Shown here one piece after another: positions 54,213-63,569 of a stretch of DNA of 64,000 nt. Position 1 is the first letter of the stretch, and each line of letters starts with the position of its first letter. The notes under the pieces are model-generated. The model saw nothing but the letters and a program-made list of their open reading frames with translations. It searched no databases and was not told where the DNA came from. Source of the DNA: Alphaproteobacteria bacterium (GTDB lineage: Bacteria > Pseudomonadota > Alphaproteobacteria > CALKHQ01). The position numbers and the translations under genes are program-made. The stretch is taken from positions 2,336,001 through 2,400,000 of the forward strand of contig CBDDFZ010000001.1 in assembly GCA_965227515.1 (NCBI GenBank), given 5' to 3'.

Positions 54213-55031
54213 TCATGCTTCAATGCCGTCGCAAACGAGCTGATCCCAGAAGATCAGGATGATCAGCTTCTTCACCGTCGGGTGCAGGCTGTCGGTCACG
54301 TTGGACTGCGCCTCGCTCACCTGCACCGCCGTGAAGTCGGGATTCCGTGTCTCGACCATTCCCCAGACGATCTCGACGTAGCTCGCGGCGTGCTCGGTGG
54401 CGAGCTGGTCAGCTTCGTCGAAGTCGGACGCGACGGGGCCTGCCTTGCGGAACGTGTACATCCAGTCGGCGATGGTGCGCTGGGTCGCGCTGACCGCCAG
54501 ATTGTAGCGCCGGGCGATGATTTCGAGCTGGCTGCGCGCGGTGACGAACTGGTCGTCGCTGTCGATCTCGTAGCTGCGGCAGAGCAGCAGCGTGTTCTCG
54601 CCGATGATGGCGTTGACGTGGTCGATCTGCGCCTGCACCTCGGCCATCTTGCCGTCGGTCAGTTCGGAGATCTGGTTCCGCGCGCTGTCGACCTGGGCCT
54701 GGAGTTCGGTATTGATCTCGGTCTGCGCCGCCAGCACGCGGCCCGCGACTTCCTGGTCCAGGGATATCTTGACGTACTGGTTGATGCCGTCGTCGATGCG
54801 GGCGGGAATGGCGGCCAGCACATCGGGGGTCACGCGCGCGATGATCTGTTCGGAGGCGGACTCGGTCGCCCGGTTGATGACGGAGTCATAGGCGCCGAAG
54901 CCCAGAACGACAGCGCCGGTCGCCAGCAGGCTGCCGATGCCCGCGGTCCATTTCCATATCCGGCGCTTGGACTCTTCAACGATATTCTGGATCTGGTGTT
55001 CTTTCCACTCGTCCTCGGTCTCGAATATCAT
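54213..55031 (-). CDS. hypothetical single-TM helical/coiled-coil protein
   Basis: N-terminal TM then heptad-like region; host-like codon usage. Confidence 0.7.
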   Translation of the reverse strand: MIFETEDEWKEHQIQNIVEESKRRIWKWTAGIGSLLATGAVVLGFGAYDSVINRATESASEQIIARVTPDVLAAIPARIDDGINQYVKISLDQEVAGRVLAAQTEINTELQAQVDSARNQISELTDGKMAEVQAQIDHVNAIIGENTLLLCRSYEIDSDDQFVTARSQLEIIARRYNLAVSATQRTIADWMYTFRKAGPVASDFDEADQLATEHAASYVEIVWGMVETRNPDFTAVQVSEAQSNVTDSLHPTVKKLIILIFWDQLVCDGIEA

Positions 55032-55130
55032 TTTCGTCCTCTTTCAAACTGAAGCTGTACTTACGATTGCTGTCCTTTCCTGGAGTTCCATTCCATCGTC
55101 CTGATGCGGGCGCCAACCTGCCACGGTGGC

Positions 55131-56267
55131 CTAGATGCCGCGTAGCGTCACCGTCTCACGTCGGCCGTTCCTGGCGGCGCGCATGATCGCATCGACGGTC
55201 TCGGCGACGCGGTAGCCGTCCTCGAACGTTGCGGAAACCGGGCCGACCGGCTGGTTCTCGACCATGGCCATCGCCATCCGGTGGGCCTGGAACGCGAAAC
55301 AGTCGATCCAGCCGATGGAGTGCGAGCCCTGGATGCCCACCGGCAGCCAGAAGTCGGCGAACGGCTCGTCCGGCGCCAGGATGGTGACGGTGCGCGCGCC
55401 CTTGCCCGGCTCCTTGATCCTGAGCTCGTTCAGCCGCTCCATCTCGAACCAGATCGAGCCCTTGGTGCCGTCGACCTCTATCCGGCCGGTCAGCGGGTGC
55501 GCCTCGTCGACCCGCGAGGCCTCGAACACCGCGGTCGCGCCGTTGTCCATGGTACAGGCCGCCCCGAACCAATCGTCGTTGACCGGCACGTTGCGCCCGT
55601 CGGGATCGCGGCTCCAGGTCTCCGCCATCGCGGTCACCTCCGCCACCTCCGCGCCCACGAGAAAACGGGCGGCGTCGATGTGGTGGGAGCCGAGGTCGCC
55701 CAGCGCGCCATGGCCCGCCACCGCCGGGTCGTAACGCCACGACAGGTGGCCGTCCGGGTGCTGCATGTTGAGCAGAAACTGGCTGCGATAGTGGCGCACG
55801 CGGCCGATCTCGCCGGCCGCGATCATCCGCCGCGCCGCGTCCAGCGCGGGGATCGCGCGGTGCAGGAAGGCGCACATATGGTGCACGCCGGTGGCGGCGA
55901 CCTCGCGCCAGAGCTGGAACGCCTCGTCGGCGTCGCGGGCCAGCGGCTTCTCGCAGAAGATGTGCTTGCCGGCCTTGGCCGCCGCGACGCACGGTTCCAG
56001 GTGCAGGTCGTTGGGGCCGGAGTTGATGAAGAGCTCCACATCGGGGTCGTCCAGCACCGCCGGCCAGTCGTCCACCGTGCGCGCCCAGCCATAGCGGTCG
56101 GCGACCTCCGCGGCGAGGTCGGCGTTGGGCTCGGCGAGAACGCGCAGGTCGGCCTCGATGCGCGGCTGGCGTTGCGCGGCGGCGAGCTTGCCGAATGCCA
56201 GCGCGTGCATCTGGCCGATGAAGCCGGCGCCGAGCATGCCGATGCCGATGGTGCGGTGGGAGGTCAT
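55131..56267 (-). CDS. Gfo/Idh/MocA oxidoreductase (inositol/levoglucosan dehydrogenase-like)
   Basis: GAGFIG, CEKPL, GALGDLGSH, TFEDG. Confidence 0.9.
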   Translation of the reverse strand: MTSHRTIGIGMLGAGFIGQMHALAFGKLAAAQRQPRIEADLRVLAEPNADLAAEVADRYGWARTVDDWPAVLDDPDVELFINSGPNDLHLEPCVAAAKAGKHIFCEKPLARDADEAFQLWREVAATGVHHMCAFLHRAIPALDAARRMIAAGEIGRVRHYRSQFLLNMQHPDGHLSWRYDPAVAGHGALGDLGSHHIDAARFLVGAEVAEVTAMAETWSRDPDGRNVPVNDDWFGAACTMDNGATAVFEASRVDEAHPLTGRIEVDGTKGSIWFEMERLNELRIKEPGKGARTVTILAPDEPFADFWLPVGIQGSHSIGWIDCFAFQAHRMAMAMVENQPVGPVSATFEDGYRVAETVDAIMRAARNGRRETVTLRGI

Positions 56268-56286
56268 GGGCGTTCCTCAAACAGTG

Positions 56287-57471
56287 TTATTTTGTGCCGA
56301 GCATGGAGGCCAGGGTCACCCAGCGCCCGTCGTCTTCCTGCGAGGCCATGGCGGCGTCGAAGAACGCCATGGTCGCCACGCCATCGTCGACGGTCGGCAC
56401 GTCGCTCCAGGTACTGTCGGCGGGCAGGCCCAGGCGCTGGGCGATGATGGTGCGCGCGAAGTCGCGATAGAGGTTGGCGAAGCCGAGGACATAGCCCTCC
56501 GGGTGGCCGTGGCGCAGCCGGCTGGCGTTCTCCGCGCTGTCGCTCAGCCAGTCGTTGCCGGGGGTGATGACGCGCTGGCCGCCATCCGGGTGCTTCAGGA
56601 TCAGCCGGCCCGGCTCCTCCTGCTGCCAGTGCAGGCTGCCGGTCTCGCCGAAGATGCGGAAGCCCATGCCGTGCTCCTGGCCGGCGGCGACGAAGCTCAG
56701 CCACATGCGGCCGACCGCGCCGCCCGCGAACCGCAGCGACAACCTGCCATCGTCATAGGTTTCGCGGCCCGGCGCGAAGATGGTGAAGTCGGCCGACACC
56801 GCCTCGCAGGCAAGCCCGCTGACGTAGCTCGCCATGTGAATGGCGTGGGTGCCGATTTCGCCCAGGATCGCGCCCTTGCCGATGAATTCCGGCTTGAAGC
56901 GCCAGTGCCGCTGCGACCGGTCCGGGTTCTCGGTCATGAAATCGCCGTTGATGAAGTCGGTCTCGATCTGCCGCACCCGGCCGATGGTGCCGGACCGCAC
57001 CATCTCGCGCGCCTCGCGGATCAGCGGATAACCGGTGTAGCAGTGGGTCAGCACGAAGTTGCGCCCGGTCCGGCGGACCGTCTCGGCAAGCGCCTCCGCC
57101 TCGGCCGCATTGGCGGTCATCGGCTTCTCGCAAACCACGTCGATGCCGGCGTCCATGAAGGCCTGGGCCATCTCGGCATGGGTGTTTGGCGGGGTGCAGA
57201 TCGTCACCACGTCGATGCCGTCGTCGCGCGCCGCCTCTGCCTCGGCCATCGTGCGAAAGTCGGGATAGGTGCGGTCGGGCGCCAGCAGCAGTGCTTCGGC
57301 CGAGCGCCGGGCGATATCGCGGTCGATGGACAGGCAGCCGGCGACCAGGTCGTAGTAGCCGTCGACCCGCATCGACAGCCGGTGTACCTCGCCGATCAGG
57401 CCGTCCTGCCCGCCGCCGACCATGCCGATCCTCAGCCGCCGGCCGAATTGTTGCAGCAGCGTATTGCTCAT
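56287..57471 (-). CDS. Gfo/Idh/MocA oxidoreductase
   Basis: GMVGGG, CEKPM, EIGTHA, GHPEGY...FANLY. Confidence 0.9.
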   Translation of the reverse strand: MSNTLLQQFGRRLRIGMVGGGQDGLIGEVHRLSMRVDGYYDLVAGCLSIDRDIARRSAEALLLAPDRTYPDFRTMAEAEAARDDGIDVVTICTPPNTHAEMAQAFMDAGIDVVCEKPMTANAAEAEALAETVRRTGRNFVLTHCYTGYPLIREAREMVRSGTIGRVRQIETDFINGDFMTENPDRSQRHWRFKPEFIGKGAILGEIGTHAIHMASYVSGLACEAVSADFTIFAPGRETYDDGRLSLRFAGGAVGRMWLSFVAAGQEHGMGFRIFGETGSLHWQQEEPGRLILKHPDGGQRVITPGNDWLSDSAENASRLRHGHPEGYVLGFANLYRDFARTIIAQRLGLPADSTWSDVPTVDDGVATMAFFDAAMASQEDDGRWVTLASMLGTK

Positions 57472-57488
57472 CGTGCAGCGCTCATCTT

Positions 57489-58688
57489 CTACTCCGCGGC
57501 GTCTCGGCCGGCTTCGGTTGGGCGGTCCAGCATGCGCTCTGCGACCCAGCGGTGAAAGCAATGGGTGGGGCCTTCCATAACGGGCGAGAACACGCCGCCG
57601 TCGAACCGGTCGGCGCGGCGGCCGTGTTGCATGCCCTCGACCACGCCGACGTCCTCCTCGAACACCGCCCGCCACATGGCGGCGTTGGCCGCGCGCAGGG
57701 CGGCGACCGGTTCGTCCCGCATGGCGTCGCTCGCATAGTAGATCTCGACTTCCTCCACCGTGCGGGTGGGCGACACCGGGTCGAGCCTAATGGTGTAGTA
57801 GTGGTCGTTGTGGGCGCCCAGCAGCACGTTCGGGTAGAGTGCGACGTATTCGGCGCCTTCCGTCCACTCCGGCCCCAGCCCGGCGAACTGGTCGAACCGG
57901 CGGCCCTCGGCATCGAGCTGCGGCCGGTAGACCCGGGTTCCCTGGCCGGAAAACGTCCCCGGCGCCTCGATGTGGTAGTGGTCGCGCAGCTTGGAATAGC
58001 GGTTGAGCGCCGGGTGCACGAACGGCAGATGGTAGGACTCGCAGTAGTTCTCCACCGCGAGCTTCCAGTTGGTCTCCACCGTCAGCGCGAACGAGCTGTC
58101 GGCACCGCCGTGGTGCAGAGTGGCCGCGGCATGGGCCGGCCAGCGTGCCGCCAAGGGCGCGATATAGGCATCGAAGGGTGCCGCGGTGCCGTCCAGATTG
58201 ACGAACACCATGTCCAGGAAGGTCGCCGACCGCACCTCGATCAGCCCACGCTCGGATCGCTCGATGCGCGGGTGGGTGTGCACGCCCTGGCCGCCGACAT
58301 GGGGCGTGCGGGTCAACCGACCGTCAAGGCCGTAGCACCAGCCATGATAGGGGCAGCGCACCGTACTGGCATGCGCCGGCCGGTCGACCAGCCGCATGCC
58401 GCGGTGGCGGAACACGTTCAGGTACACACGGACCGCGCCCTCATCGTCGCGCACCAGCAGCAGAGGTTGGCCGAGGAATTCGACCGGGCGCATGTCGCCT
58501 GTTGCGGGCACGTCCTTGCCGAAGCCGGCACAGGCCCATTGGCTGCGGAAGATGCGGTCTCGTTCGGCGGCGAAGAAGGCCGGGTCGGCATAGGCGGCGT
58601 TCGGCAGCCCATCGGCCTGCTCGATCGGCCGCGCGACACGGGCCAGGCGCTCTTGCAGTGCCTCAGCCAGCCCGTGATGCGTGTCCAT
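57489..58688 (-). CDS. Rieske non-heme iron oxygenase alpha subunit (choline monooxygenase-like); first Rieske Cys replaced by Phe
   Basis: NVFRHRG...CPYHGW; NWKLAVENYCESYHLPFVHP; EED...EGMQ. Confidence 0.88.
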   Translation of the reverse strand: MDTHHGLAEALQERLARVARPIEQADGLPNAAYADPAFFAAERDRIFRSQWACAGFGKDVPATGDMRPVEFLGQPLLLVRDDEGAVRVYLNVFRHRGMRLVDRPAHASTVRCPYHGWCYGLDGRLTRTPHVGGQGVHTHPRIERSERGLIEVRSATFLDMVFVNLDGTAAPFDAYIAPLAARWPAHAAATLHHGGADSSFALTVETNWKLAVENYCESYHLPFVHPALNRYSKLRDHYHIEAPGTFSGQGTRVYRPQLDAEGRRFDQFAGLGPEWTEGAEYVALYPNVLLGAHNDHYYTIRLDPVSPTRTVEEVEIYYASDAMRDEPVAALRAANAAMWRAVFEEDVGVVEGMQHGRRADRFDGGVFSPVMEGPTHCFHRWVAERMLDRPTEAGRDAAE

Positions 58689-58693
58689 GGCGG

Positions 58694-59569
58694 TTATTCC
58701 AGCCGGCCGTCGGGCGCCCGGTTCCACGCCAGCGGCTCCACCGTGCCGTGATAGCGCGTCATCAGCGGCTCCACCCGGCTGCGCGCGGCCTCCGGCCATG
58801 AATCGGGGAAGGCCGCGCCGCCGGCATCGGTGTCGACCTCCTCGCGCGCGGCGACCTTGGCGACCCGGGCCTGCATCGCCTCGGGCTGGCGCTGGAACGC
58901 CGGGTGATACCACAGCGTGATCAACAGCCGCTCGTCGTCGGTCCGGTTGGCGTAGGCGCTGTGCAGCACACGGGCATCGCCGATGACGACGTCGCCGCGC
59001 CGCACTGGGACCGGCACCTCATCGGGTGCCGAGCGATAGGCCACATGGTCCGGATCGCTCACTTCGGCCATCTCAGGCGTGTGGGCGTTGGCGACCAGAT
59101 CGTGCAGCGGATGGCGGTGGCGGTGCGATCCCGGGATCACCCGCAGGCAGCCATTCTCCACCGACGTGTCGGTCAGATAGACCATGACGAAGACCTGGTG
59201 GATATCGCTGGCGTAGCTCGACGCATCGTCCCAGCCCCACCAGTCCTGATGCCAGAACAGCGGCGGGCCGTGCGGCGGCTTTGAGATCAGGTAGCCGGAG
59301 CTGAAGCACGCGTCGTCGAGGCTGAGGTCGCGGAGCGCATCGAGCACGATCGGCGAGGCGATGAGGTCGGCGAAGGCCGGGTCCTCGGCGACATGGATCA
59401 GGCTGCCCTGGGACCGTGTCTTGGCGCGCTCGTCCGCCGGCATGGCGTCGAGCAGGCGGCGGCCGACTTCCTCCAGCCGCCCAATCAGGTCCGTCGGAAT
59501 CTTGTCGCGGAGGACACAGACGCCGTCACGCTCCAGGGCTGCCCGGTCGTCGCCGAATTGGTGCGCCAT
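58694..59569 (-). CDS. phytanoyl-CoA dioxygenase-family Fe(II)/2OG enzyme
   Basis: WHQD, ENGCLRVIPGSH, LHSA..N...R. Confidence 0.9.
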   Translation of the reverse strand: MAHQFGDDRAALERDGVCVLRDKIPTDLIGRLEEVGRRLLDAMPADERAKTRSQGSLIHVAEDPAFADLIASPIVLDALRDLSLDDACFSSGYLISKPPHGPPLFWHQDWWGWDDASSYASDIHQVFVMVYLTDTSVENGCLRVIPGSHRHRHPLHDLVANAHTPEMAEVSDPDHVAYRSAPDEVPVPVRRGDVVIGDARVLHSAYANRTDDERLLITLWYHPAFQRQPEAMQARVAKVAAREEVDTDAGGAAFPDSWPEAARSRVEPLMTRYHGTVEPLAWNRAPDGRLE

Positions 59570-59668
59570 CGCCGCTACCGCACGCCGGTGGGCAACCGCG
59601 TGTCCGCCATCGAGTTCAGGCTCATGCCCCCTCCCTTTCTGTTTGGGGGAATGCTAGCGCATTTCGAC

Positions 59669-59958
59669 CTAGTGTGGTGGTTTCGAAGTTCGCCATACAA
59701 CTGCGGTGGTACCTGCGCGAACTTCGAAACCGAAAACCACACTAGAAACAATATGTTGCTAGTGTCCCAATCGAATCTGAAGTTCGATCGAGGCCAGCAG
59801 ATACTGTTACGAACTTCAGATTCGGGACACTAGATCGGGATCAGCTTACGCTGAATCTGCGCCAGCCCTCTCCCCCACCCGGCCACCCAGCAGGATACTG
59901 TCGTTGGGCGGCCGGGTGGGGGAGAGGGCCGGTGCCGACTTAGATGATCATGCTCTAG
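59669..59958. mobile_element. three adjacent CTAG-bounded palindromic mini-elements (MITE-like)
   Basis: 59669-59745, 59759-59833 and 59830-59958, each starting and ending in CTAG with long internal inverted repeats; mobility is inferred. Confidence 0.7.
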
Positions 59959-60045
59959 CCGCAAATTGGGCCAAGAGCTCGGCCCAAACGGAAGCGGCGG
60001 CCCGAAGGCCGCCGCTGCATGGGGGTAGTCGATGGAGGGGGTCGT

Positions 60046-61494
60046 CTATTCGGCGATCCTGAGGTTGGCCAGTTCCGATGCGATCTGGCGGAACGCCAAC
60101 TGCAGGGACTCGTTCGACGGCGAGTTGAAGTAGTAGTCGTCGTCCGTGGCGCACGCTTCGTACATCGCGTCGGTATCGTCGTCATTCACCTGGAACAGGA
60201 TGGTGTAGAGGATGATGCCCTGCGCCTTCATCGAGCTGCACAGCTGGGTCAGCCGATAGTCCATCTGGTCGACCGCGTAGTTGGTGTTCCAGGTGGTGCC
60301 CAGGCGGCCGTCCTGAATGAAGCCGTGCGCGTTCTTGGCGGTGCCGCCCATGGACCAGAAGTTCACGCCGTCGGTCAGCAGGATGACGACCTTCTCCATC
60401 TGGTCGGTGCCGTAGTCCAGCGGCAGGTTGGCCGGGTCCACGGAGTCGGTCCACAGCCCGCGCCAGCGCGGCGAGATGGCGCGCCATCCCCAGGCCAGGC
60501 CAACGTGCGAGGTGGTGCCGTTGAAGTCGGGCTCCATGGCGTCGATGGCCGTGTGGATCTGGGTCTGCGACTGAATCAGCGGGGTGATGGCCTGGCCGCA
60601 CGCCTTGTTCGGGCCGGAGCTGTCGTACGGGCCCCAGTACATTTCGGACTTCACCGGCGGCCACTCGTTCATGTTGCTGTTGGTCACGCCGGATTCCCAC
60701 AGCAGGGCTGTGAACAGCTCCTCGCTGGGCGGATCGTCGGTCATGTCGCGGCCGGAGGCGTCACGCGCCTCGACGCAGCCTTCCCAGTCTTCCGGATAGA
60801 AGTCGTTGTTGTCGAAGTCGGCGGTCAGCCAGTCGGTGTGCGAGTTGCCGACGTTCACGGCGGCGACATAGGGCACCAGGCCGATATAGAGGTCGTCCAG
60901 GGTCTCGTTGTTGCCGAACAGCGAGTTTACCAACTCATGCGCGGCGTCCTGCATGGCTTCCATCTTGCCACCGCTGTTCATGGACCATGTGTTGTCCATG
61001 ACCAGGATGATTTCCATGCCACGCGTCGCGCGGTGCACCACCGAGCGGGCGCACACTTCGATATCGCTGAAGCCGAGCATGCCCATCACGGTCGTCTCGA
61101 CGTCGATGCAGGCGTTGGCCACCAGCCGGTTGCCTTCGTCCTCGCGGTCCAGCGTGTAGGTCAGGTTCGACCAGCCGCCGTCATTGGACATATTGGCGTT
61201 GAGGTAGGAGATGAAATAGGAGAGCTGCTCGTCGGCATCCAGCGACTTGCCGGCGGCCAGCGTCGCCGCGTCCAGCGCCTCGGTCAGCTGGTGCTTCGAC
61301 ATCATGCCGACGCCGCTGTCCAGGGCCAGGCCGGTCATCGCCAACAGCGGCATGATCCAGACCGCCAGCGTCACCGCGGCAGCGCCGTCCTGGTCGCGCC
61401 GGAAGGCGCCGGCGATGGAACGCAGACCCCGCGTCGGCTGTTCGACCGGTGCGGGGAGACCTGGCATGGCTGGGGTGTTCACATCAGTCATCAT
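60046..61494 (-). CDS. TadG-like pilus-associated protein with vWA domain
   Basis: RRDQDG-AAAV prepilin-like site, hydrophobic helix, LDAATLAA, MDNTWSM (MIDAS-like), LLTDG. Confidence 0.85.
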   Translation of the reverse strand: MMTDVNTPAMPGLPAPVEQPTRGLRSIAGAFRRDQDGAAAVTLAVWIMPLLAMTGLALDSGVGMMSKHQLTEALDAATLAAGKSLDADEQLSYFISYLNANMSNDGGWSNLTYTLDREDEGNRLVANACIDVETTVMGMLGFSDIEVCARSVVHRATRGMEIILVMDNTWSMNSGGKMEAMQDAAHELVNSLFGNNETLDDLYIGLVPYVAAVNVGNSHTDWLTADFDNNDFYPEDWEGCVEARDASGRDMTDDPPSEELFTALLWESGVTNSNMNEWPPVKSEMYWGPYDSSGPNKACGQAITPLIQSQTQIHTAIDAMEPDFNGTTSHVGLAWGWRAISPRWRGLWTDSVDPANLPLDYGTDQMEKVVILLTDGVNFWSMGGTAKNAHGFIQDGRLGTTWNTNYAVDQMDYRLTQLCSSMKAQGIILYTILFQVNDDDTDAMYEACATDDDYYFNSPSNESLQLAFRQIASELANLRIAE

Positions 61495-61682
61495 CTTTGC
61501 CACCTGGCGTTAACATGCGCACTGCCTGCGCTGATCGACACTACGTCGAAGAAAATCCCGCATAATCATCGCATAATGATGAATGGATGCCAGAATTTTC
61601 AATTCGAATTCGCATTGCATTTGAGCCAACTTCGGCAAAGTGCGGGTGCGGCCGCAGGATGTCTAGGATCGCACTGCTATCG

Positions 61683-61698
61683 TTAACATCTCATTGAC
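61683..61698. promoter_or_regulatory. CtrA-like box upstream of the tadG-like gene
   Basis: TTAAcatctcaTTGAC, one mismatch from TTAA-N7-TTAAC. Confidence 0.45.
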
Positions 61699-61824
61699 GA
61701 AGATTACCGCGAGGACTTGGCGGAACCGGGCGACCAAACGCGCAAGGGCCGCGCCGACGGAAGCGTCCGTCTCGTGCGCGGCCCGGTTTCGGCAGACTCA
61801 GCAGGCGTCACTCACCCGCGTCAT

Positions 61825-62496
61825 TCAGTAGTTGGGCGGCGGTGGCGGTGGCTTGAAGTCGCGGCCCGGATTGACGGCGCCGTCGGCCGTGGCGTCATTC
61901 TCGTTGACCAGTGCGGCCGGCGGGGTGGGTGCGGTGGGGACCACCACGGTCTCGCCGGAAAGCACCGGGGTCTGCGGCTGGACCGGCGTTTGCGGCTGGA
62001 CCGGATTGGACGGTGCAACCGTCACCACCGGCGGATCGCCGACACCGTCGAACTCGCCATCGAACTCGTCAGTCGGGATGTTCGGGGTCTGGCCCGGCGG
62101 CAGTGCAACGCTCTGTGCCGGCGCGGTGGGCGCGGGCGCCCCGCCGCTCAGCTCGATCACGATGTTGCCGCCCTGCTGGCGGGCACGCACGATGGCATTG
62201 TCACCGTTCCCGGCCAGTACGACCGTGCCGGGGGCGCCGCCACCGGGCGCCACCACGCTGCGGCCGACCGAGTTGATCGCAATGGTGCAACCCGCCTGGC
62301 AATGGCCGGTGAACAGGATGCGCACATCCTCGGCCGCGACCTGAACGGGCGCGGCACCGCCGACGCTGACCGACAGCGGGAAGTTGGTGCCGTTCTCCAG
62401 GGTGAAGGCCGATGCCGACTGCGCGCCGATGGCGGCTGCGGCTATGGCGGCGCCCGCGACCAGAACGGGCCGGCGCCAGCTTGAATTCAGCTTCAT
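61825..62496 (-). CDS. exported protein with Pro-rich C-terminal tail
   Basis: Signal ending ASA-F; PVQPQT repeats; ends KPPPPPPNY; GGAG RBS. Confidence 0.72.
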   Translation of the reverse strand: MKLNSSWRRPVLVAGAAIAAAAIGAQSASAFTLENGTNFPLSVSVGGAAPVQVAAEDVRILFTGHCQAGCTIAINSVGRSVVAPGGGAPGTVVLAGNGDNAIVRARQQGGNIVIELSGGAPAPTAPAQSVALPPGQTPNIPTDEFDGEFDGVGDPPVVTVAPSNPVQPQTPVQPQTPVLSGETVVVPTAPTPPAALVNENDATADGAVNPGRDFKPPPPPPNY

Positions 62497-62629
62497 AACG
62501 CTTCTCCAATCCCAACCCTTTTGGGGCCTGCCTTTTTGGGGCCTGGGGACGAGATTTCACTTAGGCGCGGCAATATGGCGAATCAATGGCCTGGGCGGCG
62601 CGCGGGCCGTTTGCCGTCGTTATCTCTTG

Positions 62630-63496
62630 TTATCTCAGCTCGCACAGGTCGTCATAGGTCTCCGGCCTGCGGTCGCGGAAGAACTGCCACAGGTTGCGCA
62701 CCTCGCGCACCATGTCCATGTCCATGTCGGCGACGACCAGTTCGTCCTTGTCCTCGGAGCCCTTGGCGATCAGCTGGCCGCGCGGGTTCACCACGTAGCT
62801 CGAGCCGTAGAACTTGCCGACGTTCCAGGGGGCTTCGGTGCCGACTCGGTTGACCGCGCCGATGTAGCAGCCATTGGCGACAGCGGATGCCGGCTGCTCC
62901 AGTTCCCACAGATACTGGCTGAGCCCGGCGACGGTGGCCGACGGATTGACGATGTACTCGGCACCGTTCAGCGCCAGGGCGCGCCAGCCTTCCGGGAAGT
63001 GGCGGTCGTAGCAGATGTAGACGCCCAGCCGGCAATAGGCGGTCTCGAACACCGGGTAGCCGGTGTTGCCCGGCTTGAAGAAGAACTTCTCCCAGAAGCC
63101 TGATACCTGCGGGATGTGGGTCTTGCGGTACTTGCCGAGGTAGCTGCCGTCGGCATCGATGACGGCAGCGGTGTTGTAGTAGACGCCGGTGATGTCTTCC
63201 TCGTAGATCGGCACCACCATGACCATGCTGTACTTCTTCGCATAGTCCTGCATCAGCTTGACCGTGGGGCCGTCGGGAATGCGCTCCACCGCGCCGTACC
63301 ACTTGGAATCCTGGCTGGGACAGAAATAGGGCTGGGTGAACACTTCCTGGAAGCTCAGGACCTGCACGCCCTGCTCGCCGGCCTGGTCGATCAGCGGCAG
63401 GTGCGCTTCCAGCATCTTCTCGCGGATTTCCGCGGGCGTCATCGACGTGTCGCCCTTCAGCGACATCTGGATCAGCCCAGCCTTCACATTTGCCAT
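62630..63496 (-). CDS. nitrilase-family N-carbamoyl amidohydrolase (beta-ureidopropionase-like)
   Basis: FQEVF, KYRKTHIP, WEKFFF.PG, ICYDRHFPE, FFRDRRP. Confidence 0.88.
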   Translation of the reverse strand: MANVKAGLIQMSLKGDTSMTPAEIREKMLEAHLPLIDQAGEQGVQVLSFQEVFTQPYFCPSQDSKWYGAVERIPDGPTVKLMQDYAKKYSMVMVVPIYEEDITGVYYNTAAVIDADGSYLGKYRKTHIPQVSGFWEKFFFKPGNTGYPVFETAYCRLGVYICYDRHFPEGWRALALNGAEYIVNPSATVAGLSQYLWELEQPASAVANGCYIGAVNRVGTEAPWNVGKFYGSSYVVNPRGQLIAKGSEDKDELVVADMDMDMVREVRNLWQFFRDRRPETYDDLCELR

Positions 63497-63569
63497 GGTG
63501 CCTCTCGTCTCGTCGGTTCGATCGCTGCGGGGCAGCGGTCAGCGCACCGCCACCCCGGTTCCAGCGAAA

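Noticed and set aside
59669-59958. CRISPR array
   Set aside because: Inverted rather than direct repeats, no regular spacers, no cas genes.
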